The translations under genes and the position numbers were made by a program. Shown here in pieces: positions 52,975 to 60,626 of a stretch of 64,000 nt of DNA. How positions within the stretch are numbered: the first letter of the stretch is position 1; the number at the start of each line of letters is the position of its first letter. The DNA is from Thermoanaerobaculia bacterium (GTDB lineage: Bacteria; Acidobacteriota; Thermoanaerobaculia; UBA5066): NCBI GenBank assembly GCA_963719225.1, contig CAVRAY010000001.1, positions 2,592,001-2,656,000 of the forward strand, read 5' to 3'. The notes under the pieces are model-generated. The model saw only the letters and a list, made by a program, of their open reading frames with translations, was not told the DNA's origin and did not search any database.

Positions 52975-54426
52975 ATGGCCATCGCAGGAAATCTGCGCAC
53001 GATGCAGTTGTCGGAGCTGCTTCAGTGGCTCTCGACCGGCTTGAAGACGGGGACGCTCGTCGTACGGGGGGCGCCCGGCGAGAAGCGCATCTATTTCAAC
53101 AATGGCCGGGTCACCTCCTCTTCGTCCACGCTCGAGCGCGAGCACCTGGGGCGTTTTCTCGTGGGTTTCGGCTTCATCACCGAGGAGGAGCTCATCCGCG
53201 CGCTGGAGGTCCAGCAGGAATCCCGGATCCTCCTCGGCAAGATCCTCGTCATGATCGGTGCCATCAAGGAGGAGGAGCTCGCCGATCTCGTGCGGCTGAA
53301 AGCCGCGGAGACGATCTACGACATCTTCCTGTGGACCGAGGGCTCGTTCGCGTTCATCGACGGGGACATTCCGAGCCTTCCGATGGTTCCGATCTCCTCC
53401 GACGTCACGGGCATCGTCATGGAGGGCCTGCGCCGCTACGACGAGTGGCAGCGCATCAAGACGCGCGTCCCGACCATGCGCGTCATTCCCTCGGTGGTCA
53501 TGCCCGTCGAGGAAGACCTCGGCGAGCGCGACAAGATGATCCTTGCCGCCGCGAACGGCCACCGCGCGATCGACCAGATCGCCCTCGAGACCCACAACCC
53601 CGAATTCCACGTCGCCAAGCTGATGTACGACCTCATGCTCACGGGCCACGTGAAGCTCGTGGGCGAACGGGAGGAGACGGCCGCAGAGCCGGTGTTCGAA
53701 GAGACTGAAATGGTCGAGGAGGAGTCGTCCTCGTTCGATCCGCTGCTGTCCGGCGATCTGCACTCGATTCCCGAAGGGATGGTGCCGCCGGCGCCGACGA
53801 TCGACACGTTCGTGCTCGCGCCGCCCGCATCGTCCGCCTCGCGGACGCCCGTGCCGACGACGTTCAACCAGTTTCTGAAACGGCGGCCCGAATCGGGCGA
53901 ATCTGCCGCCCGACGCGTGTCCGGCGAGATGGCCGCGCAGCGCGCGCCGGGAGACAGCTCCGACACCGCGCCGCGCGTGAGAACCGCCACGCCGCCCGCC
54001 ACTCCGGCGCCCAGGACCCCGGCGCCGACCCCAGTGCCGGCACCGGCTTCGACATCGACATCCGAGCCCGTTTCGTTCGGATCCACGACGCGGCCGGCGA
54101 CCCCCGTTTCGCCCCCTCCGACGCCCTTGGCCGCCGCGGGTTCCGCGGGTTCCACCCCGGCGGTGAAGGCGGTCCCCCGTCCGGCGGATGCGTCGTCCAT
54201 CTCCGAGCCGCTTCCGAAGCTCCCACCGGGGGCCGTGCCCATTCTCACGAAGCCGATGGAAGAGCTCATGTCGTTCCCGTTCACCCCGTCGGAGGCGTTC
54301 ATCGTCTCGCGCATCAACGGCATGTGGGACGTCCGGTCGATCGCCCGCATTTCGCCGTTCCCGGAACAGGAAGTGATGCGCGTCTTCCAAAAGCTCACGA
54401 AGAGCGGCGTCGTTTCCTTCAAGTGA
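52975..54426 (+). CDS. DUF4388-domain protein with Pro-rich linker and C-terminal winged-helix-like domain
   Basis: MAIAGNLRTMQLSELLQWL...KTGTL, LGRFLV, FLWTEGSFAF; C-terminal EAFIVSRING. Confidence 0.8.
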   Translation: MAIAGNLRTMQLSELLQWLSTGLKTGTLVVRGAPGEKRIYFNNGRVTSSSSTLEREHLGRFLVGFGFITEEELIRALEVQQESRILLGKILVMIGAIKEEELADLVRLKAAETIYDIFLWTEGSFAFIDGDIPSLPMVPISSDVTGIVMEGLRRYDEWQRIKTRVPTMRVIPSVVMPVEEDLGERDKMILAAANGHRAIDQIALETHNPEFHVAKLMYDLMLTGHVKLVGEREETAAEPVFEETEMVEEESSSFDPLLSGDLHSIPEGMVPPAPTIDTFVLAPPASSASRTPVPTTFNQFLKRRPESGESAARRVSGEMAAQRAPGDSSDTAPRVRTATPPATPAPRTPAPTPVPAPASTSTSEPVSFGSTTRPATPVSPPPTPLAAAGSAGSTPAVKAVPRPADASSISEPLPKLPPGAVPILTKPMEELMSFPFTPSEAFIVSRINGMWDVRSIARISPFPEQEVMRVFQKLTKSGVVSFK

Positions 54427-56132
54427 TGATTTCCTTCGACTTCCGGCCGGTCCTGTTCACGGCGATCGCGGCGGGTCTCCTCGTCGCGGTCATCGTCGTC
54501 ACGCGGCAGCTCGCGAGGGCTCGCTCCGGCGCCGCCGAGCTGTCGCGCAAGAACCGCGAGCTCGCGACGCTCCGCGAGCTGACCTCGATCGTGTCCAGCG
54601 TCGCGCCGGGCCAGGAGGTCCTTGCGCGTCTGTTCGACAGCCTTCGCCAGGCTCTGCCGATCCGCGCCCTGGCGGCCGTCTCGTACGAGGAGGATCCGGA
54701 CGGGCAGGCGCTCGTCGCCTTCGGCGGCGACGTGACGCTCGAACGGCGATCGTTTCTCGACTGGCTCGCCACCCAGAAGGACCTCGAGTCTCCTTTCCTG
54801 CCGGCCTCTCCCACGCCCCGCGTGGCGAGCGGGCCCGATCGCGAGCTCGTTCTCAACCCCCGCTTTTCGCACCAGGTCTTCCTGCCGCTCCAGACTCCCG
54901 CCCTCATCGCCGGCATCCTCATCGCCGAGTCCGACGACCCGTCCCTCGTCACGCCGCAGACCCTCCAGGAGCTCTCCGTCGTCTCCGATCACGTGGCGCT
55001 GGCGCTTCAGGACCGCAACCTCAGGCGGCAGATGCAGGCCGTGAACGAGCGCCTGCAGGGGCGCGCCGAGATGCTGCAGCGCATCCTCGAGGTCTCCCAC
55101 GAGCTGAAGGCGCACCTCACGCTGGAGCTCCTCGTCCAGAGCATCGTTCAGGCCGTCCACCACAGCCTCGGCTACCGCGTGGTCGTGCTCTCGCTCTTCG
55201 ATCCGGCCGAAAACGTCTTCGAGCGCCGTGCACAGGTCGGATTCGACGACTCGTCCCCGGGCTCCCCGCCTCGAAAGGTGCCTCGCGAGGAGATCGCGCG
55301 CTGGTTCGGCGAGCATTTCCGGATCTCGAAGTCCTACTTCGTGAGCCATCTCGACCGCAAGGAGCCCGTCGAGAATTCCGGCAAGATCGACCGCCGCCGG
55401 CGGACGACGGCGCCGGGCGCGTGGCACCCGAACGATCTGCTCTTCGTTCCCCTGACCGCGGGCGATCAGGTCGTCGGCACCCTGCAGCTCGACCAGCCGA
55501 GAGGCGGGCTCGTCCCGCGCCTCGAGGACGTCCAGGCGCTCGAGATCTTCGCGAACCAGGCCGTCACGGCGATTCACTCGGCGCGCGTGTACGAGGCGAC
55601 GCGGCAGATGTCGGTGCGGGACTCGCTGACCGAGGCGTACAACCACCGGTACTTCCAGGAGACTCTTTCGCGCGAGCTCGCCCGGCACGAGCGCAGCGGG
55701 CAGCCGCTCGCTCTCGTCATGCTCGACATCGACGACTTCAAGAGGATCAACGACCGCTGGGGACACCCGGTGGGCGATCTCGTTCTGCGCGGGATCGTGG
55801 ACGAGCTGACGAAGGGCGTGAGGGAGATGGACACGGTCGCGCGCTACGGCGGCGAGGAGTTCGCGCTCATCTTTCCGGAGACGACGCCCGCGAAGGCCTG
55901 GGTCGTGGCCGACCGGCTGCGAAACCGCGTGGCCGGGCGTCTCTTCGTCGCTCCCCAGCTCGACCACGCGCTCGCCGTGACGATCTCGCTCGGGCTCGCC
56001 TGCTTCCCGGAGGACGCGGGCACGAAGCGCTCGCTCATCGAGCGCGCCGACCAGGCGCTGTATCAGGCCAAGCGGAGCGGCAAGAACTGTCTCGTGACGG
56101 CTTCCTCGCTCGCAGACCTCAAGACGCTCTAG
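54426..56132 (+). CDS. Membrane-anchored GAF-GAF diguanylate cyclase
   Basis: N-terminal TM; two GAF-like domains; REMD I-site; RYGGEEF. Confidence 0.9.
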   Translation: MISFDFRPVLFTAIAAGLLVAVIVVTRQLARARSGAAELSRKNRELATLRELTSIVSSVAPGQEVLARLFDSLRQALPIRALAAVSYEEDPDGQALVAFGGDVTLERRSFLDWLATQKDLESPFLPASPTPRVASGPDRELVLNPRFSHQVFLPLQTPALIAGILIAESDDPSLVTPQTLQELSVVSDHVALALQDRNLRRQMQAVNERLQGRAEMLQRILEVSHELKAHLTLELLVQSIVQAVHHSLGYRVVVLSLFDPAENVFERRAQVGFDDSSPGSPPRKVPREEIARWFGEHFRISKSYFVSHLDRKEPVENSGKIDRRRRTTAPGAWHPNDLLFVPLTAGDQVVGTLQLDQPRGGLVPRLEDVQALEIFANQAVTAIHSARVYEATRQMSVRDSLTEAYNHRYFQETLSRELARHERSGQPLALVMLDIDDFKRINDRWGHPVGDLVLRGIVDELTKGVREMDTVARYGGEEFALIFPETTPAKAWVVADRLRNRVAGRLFVAPQLDHALAVTISLGLACFPEDAGTKRSLIERADQALYQAKRSGKNCLVTASSLADLKTL

Positions 56133-56868
56133 GCCGGCTCGCGAACGGAGAGAGAAGCGCGCGCCGCGTCACGGCCGGGCACCCGGCGACCGCGAAGCGC
56201 AGCGGCCAGGCGGCCGCCTCTCTCGCGTAGTCCACCCCGACGCGCGGGCCGACGAGCACGTCGAAACGCGCGCGCGGGCCGCGGGAAATCATCAGCTCGG
56301 GACCGGAGAGGGAAGCGCTGGAGAGCGCGGACGTCACACCGAGGTACGCACAGAGCTTCGCGGGACCGGAATAAAGAGATATTTGCTTAGAAAGGGAAGA
56401 GGGGGACCCCCTGCGCGCGCCCACGGCCTTTCCAGCCACCGCCGACGAGGCGCCGCCGCGGCGTCCTGCCCTATTCACCTTCAAAGAAATCTTTGTCTTC
56501 TCTTCTCCTTTCTCTCTCTCCCACTCTTCCCACCACTCCTCCGAAACAGCCGCCCTCAGCAGAACCGCCTCCGGCACGCCCTCTCGCCCCGTCACGACGT
56601 TCATGCAGAAGTGCATGCCGTAGACGAAGTAGACGTAGGCGTGGCCGCCCGGGCCCCACATGGGGGCGACGCGGGGAGTCCGCCGGCCGTTCCAGGTGTG
56701 CGCGGCGCGGTCCTTCGCTCCGAGATAGGCTTCGGTCTCGACGATGACGACCGAGCGCCGCTCGCCGTCCGGAAGCGTTCGAACGAGGCGGCAGCCGAGC
56801 AAATCTCGCGCGACGACGGCGGTCTCGCGGCGATAGAAGGACTGCGGAAGCGGACGGAGAGGCGGCAC
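56119..56868 (-). CDS. mpg: DNA-3-methyladenine glycosylase (AAG/MPG family) with internal insertion
   Basis: VARDLLG, IVETEAY, AYVYFVYGMHFCMNVV, AVLLRA, GPAKLC, GPRVGV. Confidence 0.9.
   Translation of the reverse strand: MPPLRPLPQSFYRRETAVVARDLLGCRLVRTLPDGERRSVVIVETEAYLGAKDRAAHTWNGRRTPRVAPMWGPGGHAYVYFVYGMHFCMNVVTGREGVPEAVLLRAAVSEEWWEEWEREKGEEKTKISLKVNRAGRRGGASSAVAGKAVGARRGSPSSLSKQISLYSGPAKLCAYLGVTSALSSASLSGPELMISRGPRARFDVLVGPRVGVDYAREAAAWPLRFAVAGCPAVTRRALLSPFASRPRAS
56376..56540. repeat. Compositionally atypical in-frame insert with imperfect inverted purine/pyrimidine arms (MITE/RPE-like)
   Basis: AGAAAGGGAAGAGGGGGAC (56389-56407) is imperfectly complementary to GTCTTCTCTTCTCCTTTCT (56495-56513). 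Confidence 0.5.
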
Positions 56869-56883
56869 GCTATCCTCCGCCGC

Positions 56884-57828
56884 ATGATGCCCGAGACGCG
56901 TTCCGTCCTCGTGACCGGCGGCGCCGGTTTCATCGGCTCCCATCTCGCGGACGCCTTTCTCGCGGACGGCAAGACAGTCGTCGCCCTCGACGACCTCTCG
57001 ACCGGCCAGAGCTCACGGCTCCCGAGAGGGGTCCGATTTGTCGAAGGCGACATTCGGCGCTTCGATCTCGCGAGCCTCCTCCGCGAGTCGAACGTGGACA
57101 CGATCCTCCACTACGCGGCGCAGATCGACGTGAGAAAGTCCGTCGAGGACCCCGTCTTCGACGCCGAGGTCAACGTCCTCGGCACGATTCGGATCGCACA
57201 GGCGGCCCTCGCGGCCGGTGTCACCCAGATCGTCTTCGCGTCCAGCGGAGGCGCGATCTACGGCGACCCGGAAGGCTTCGCGGCGGACGAGAGCCACCCC
57301 ACGAACCCGGTCTCCCCCTACGGCGTCGCGAAGCTGGCCGGCGAGAAGTACCTCTTCGGCCTCGCGCACGGAACCCCGCTCGTCGTGACCGCCTTGCGGT
57401 TCGCGAACGTGTACGGGCCGCGCCAGGACGGGCGCGGCGAGGCGGGGGTGATCGGCATCTGGATGAAGAAGCTCCTCGAAGGCGGCGAATGCCTCATCAA
57501 CGGCGCCGGCGACCAGTCGCGCGACTTCGTGTTCGTGGGGGACGTCGTCAAGGCAAATCTCGCGGCGGCCGCGAACCGCACCGCCGGCGTCGTCAACGTG
57601 GGCACGGGCGTCGAAACGTCCGTGAACCGTCTCTACGATCTCGTCGCCGCCGCGTGCGGGACTTCGCGGCCCGCGCGGCGCGGGCCGGCGAAGGCCGGAG
57701 AGCAGATGCGCAGCGTTCTGGACGTGACGAAGAGCCGCTCGGCCCTCGGCCTGACCGCTCTCGTGGAGCTTCCGGACGGTCTCAGCCGGACGGCGGAGTG
57801 GTTCCGCCAGACGGCGCCACCGGCCTGA
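56884..57828 (+). CDS. NAD-dependent epimerase/dehydratase (UDP-glucose 4-epimerase-like)
   Basis: TGGAGFIGSH, SSGGAIYG, YGVAK (YxxxK), NVYGPRQ. Confidence 0.92.
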   Translation: MMPETRSVLVTGGAGFIGSHLADAFLADGKTVVALDDLSTGQSSRLPRGVRFVEGDIRRFDLASLLRESNVDTILHYAAQIDVRKSVEDPVFDAEVNVLGTIRIAQAALAAGVTQIVFASSGGAIYGDPEGFAADESHPTNPVSPYGVAKLAGEKYLFGLAHGTPLVVTALRFANVYGPRQDGRGEAGVIGIWMKKLLEGGECLINGAGDQSRDFVFVGDVVKANLAAAANRTAGVVNVGTGVETSVNRLYDLVAAACGTSRPARRGPAKAGEQMRSVLDVTKSRSALGLTALVELPDGLSRTAEWFRQTAPPA

Positions 57829-59047
57829 CGCGCCCGGACGCGGCGAGGCGGCGGGGGTCCCGGCGGATGGCCACGGCCGTGATGTCGTCCTCGGCGGGCG
57901 CGCCATGCGACCACGAGCGCGCCGCGTTGATCACGCGTTGGACCACCTCGCGCGCCGTCTCGCGCCGCGCCTGTGAAAGGAGGCGCTTGAGCCGTCCGGC
58001 GCCGAACTCGCGGCCCTTCGAATCGTGCGCCTCGACGACCCCGTCCGTGTAGAGGAGGACCAGGTCCCCCACCTCCATGTGAATCGCTCGGCGGCCATAG
58101 ACCGCGTCGGGCGCGGGCCCGAGTACCATCCCGGTCGATTCGAGCTCGGTGAACGCGCCGCTCGCGGCATGCAGGTGCAGGGGCGACGGATGGCCGGCGT
58201 TCACGTACACGACGTCCCCGTTCGTCTCGAACTCGCCGTAGAAGAGCGACACGAACTTCGTCGTGAGGCGGCTCTTGTTCAGGATCCGGTTCAAGCGCTC
58301 GATCGTGCGGGCGATCTTGAAGTCGCTTCCAATGCCCATGCGCAGGCCGACGTAGATGTCGCGCACGAGGAGCGCCGCGAGGAGCCCGTGGCCGGAGGCG
58401 TCCGCGATCGCGGCGCCGAAGCTCAGATCGCCGAGCGGGAGGAAATCGTAGAAGTCGCCGCCGACGGCCTCGGCGGGGAGGGAAAGCCCGAAGATCTCGA
58501 AGTCCCCCACCTGGGGCACGGCGCGCGGAAGGATCGACTGCTGGATGCGCCGGGCGTCCTGCATCAGTCCCTCGAGCCGCTCCGTCCGTACCTTCGAGTC
58601 GACGACCGTCCGGATGATTCCGAGCGCGAGAAGAAGATCCTCGGCGCGCGCTTTCGGGTGGACGTCGAACGAAAGGAGGTAGCGCTCCCCGCCGAAGGAG
58701 ACGGCCGCGAAGCGCGTCACGCCGAGGCTCCTCTCGAGCTCGCGATCCACGGACGGGTCGTCGAGGTCGGCGAGGGCGAGCCCGTCCTCCTCCGCGCGCC
58801 GGATGGGCCCGTATTCGGCGGACACCGTGATCCCCGAGGGCACGCGGCGCGAGCGGCCGAAGCCACGCTCCAGGACGTACTGGTTCTCGCGCCGGACGTA
58901 GAGCCGGCCGCCGAGGATCCCCAGCTCGTTCCGGAAGTTGCGAACGATCGCCTCGCCCACCTGCACGATCGTCGCGAGAACGTCCTCGCCGCCCGCGATG
59001 GCTTCGAGGGTCCTCTCGACGTTCTTCAGGAGAAGGCGATAGTCCAT
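57782..59047 (-). CDS. SpoIIE/RsbU-type PP2C phosphatase with N-terminal GAF-like domain
   Basis: VGGDFYD, IADASGHG, NAGHP, LYTDGVVEA, EDDIT. Confidence 0.92.
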   Translation of the reverse strand: MDYRLLLKNVERTLEAIAGGEDVLATIVQVGEAIVRNFRNELGILGGRLYVRRENQYVLERGFGRSRRVPSGITVSAEYGPIRRAEEDGLALADLDDPSVDRELERSLGVTRFAAVSFGGERYLLSFDVHPKARAEDLLLALGIIRTVVDSKVRTERLEGLMQDARRIQQSILPRAVPQVGDFEIFGLSLPAEAVGGDFYDFLPLGDLSFGAAIADASGHGLLAALLVRDIYVGLRMGIGSDFKIARTIERLNRILNKSRLTTKFVSLFYGEFETNGDVVYVNAGHPSPLHLHAASGAFTELESTGMVLGPAPDAVYGRRAIHMEVGDLVLLYTDGVVEAHDSKGREFGAGRLKRLLSQARRETAREVVQRVINAARSWSHGAPAEDDITAVAIRRDPRRLAASGRVRPVAPSGGTTPPSG

Positions 59048-59081
59048 CCTAGCCGAACGTCACGCGCTTGCACGGCGCGTG

Positions 59082-60566
59082 CTATCCAAAGGCAGCCAGC
59101 ACGCTCAGCAGACGGTCCTGATACGCGTGCCCGCTCGTATCGCGACATCCCCCGTTCAGGAGGATGCTGAAGACGTACGTCTGGCCGCTCTGCGCCTTCA
59201 CGTATCCGCACAGCGTCACGACGCCCGCGACGTTCCCGGTCTTCGCCCAGACCCTTCCGGCCGTGGCCGGGCCGAGGAGCCGGTGGCGAAGAGTGCCGTC
59301 CGGCTCGCCAGCCACGGCGAGCGTGGGCTTCCAGGTCTCGAAGCGCTCCCACCGCGTCGCGAGCGCCGTCAGGAAGTCGACGTACGCCGCCGCGGAAGCC
59401 CGGTTCGAGTGCGCGCGTCCCGATCCGTCCGCGAGCTGATAGCGCGATGGGTCCAGCCCGAGCGATCCGAGGAACGCGGCCACCTCGGCCCTGCCGTTTT
59501 CCCAGGTTCCGCGGCCGCGCTTCTCGGCGCCGAGCGTCTTGAGGATCTGCTCGGCGAAAAAGGATTGCGAGCGCTTGTTGCAGACGGCGAGGGCGGACAG
59601 GAGCGGCGTCTCGTGGGTGTGGAGGAGGACGCGGCCCGAGAGCAGAGCCGGCACGCTCGCCGGCTCGGTGCGCACGGTGGGCGGGGCGTCGATGCGGATG
59701 CCGCTTTCGCGGAGGACCTGCGAGAGCGCCGCGGAGAAGTAGAGCGGCGGGTCGGGCACGGTCACGTCGCCGACCCACGTGCGGTTCCTCCCGACGGCCC
59801 CGGCGGCCCTGACCGTGTGGCTGCCGGCCTCGCGGCTGACCCCCACCCACGTGCGGCGCGCGGCCGTGACCACGTTCGAGATGAGGTTCAGAAGGGGCGG
59901 ACCGAGGGGATCGAATCCCATCAGCGCGGGGCTGCCGGGCCTGAGCCCTCCGGAGGCCCGCACGAGGACGACGTTGTCGTTGTACGAGAGGGCCGACACC
60001 GGGGCCTGGTACCACCGCTGCTCCTGCTCGCTCGGCCAGTCGGGATGCGACTGCACGTCGTCGAAGAACGAAACGTCGAGAAGAAGGCCGTCCCTGATCG
60101 AACGGATTCCCTTGCTCACGAGCGACGCCGCCCAGGGCCGGAACACCGCGAGGGGATCGTCCTCGTACCAGCGGCCGGAAAGGCCGGGATCGCCCCCGCC
60201 CACCACCACGAGGTGGCCTGGGAGGACGCCGTCCACGCCGATCGGGGCATCGCGATAGAGCCTCGTCCGGAACTTGTAGTCGGGGCCGAGGCGGTCGAGC
60301 GCAGCGGCGGTCGTCAGGAGCTTCGTCGTGGACGCGAGGATGAAGGGCTTTTCCGGGTTCAGGGAGACGAGGGGCGCGGAATCGCCGAGCCGCGTGACGA
60401 CGACGCCGATCTCGGAGCGCCGGGCGGGACCCCTCCGGAGCAGCGCATTCAGGCGCTGCTGGAGCGTGGCCGGCCGCGCAGGTTTTTTCGCCGCGCGCAC
60501 GTCTGGAGCCCATACGAGAAGAACGGCGACGGCCGCGCCGCCGATGAGCCTGGGTATCCGCGACAT
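59082..60566 (-). CDS. dacB: D-Ala-D-Ala carboxypeptidase/endopeptidase (PBP4, peptidase S13)
   Basis: Signal peptide; ASTTK (SxxK), GGGDP, DGSG, AKTG. Confidence 0.9.
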   Translation of the reverse strand: MSRIPRLIGGAAVAVLLVWAPDVRAAKKPARPATLQQRLNALLRRGPARRSEIGVVVTRLGDSAPLVSLNPEKPFILASTTKLLTTAAALDRLGPDYKFRTRLYRDAPIGVDGVLPGHLVVVGGGDPGLSGRWYEDDPLAVFRPWAASLVSKGIRSIRDGLLLDVSFFDDVQSHPDWPSEQEQRWYQAPVSALSYNDNVVLVRASGGLRPGSPALMGFDPLGPPLLNLISNVVTAARRTWVGVSREAGSHTVRAAGAVGRNRTWVGDVTVPDPPLYFSAALSQVLRESGIRIDAPPTVRTEPASVPALLSGRVLLHTHETPLLSALAVCNKRSQSFFAEQILKTLGAEKRGRGTWENGRAEVAAFLGSLGLDPSRYQLADGSGRAHSNRASAAAYVDFLTALATRWERFETWKPTLAVAGEPDGTLRHRLLGPATAGRVWAKTGNVAGVVTLCGYVKAQSGQTYVFSILLNGGCRDTSGHAYQDRLLSVLAAFG

Positions 60567-60573
60567 CGGGTGC

Positions 60574-60621
60574 ATTTTAGCTGAACAAGGCCTCCTTGGA
60601 TACCCGGGGGGGCCCTACAAT
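60574..60621. promoter_or_regulatory. Divergent -10 hexamers, probably leaderless, for dacB and the helicase
   Basis: TAAAAT (minus, 60574-60579) 7 nt before dacB ATG; TACAAT (plus, 60616-60621) 5 nt before helicase GTG. Confidence 0.55.
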
Positions 60622-60626
60622 CGGCC

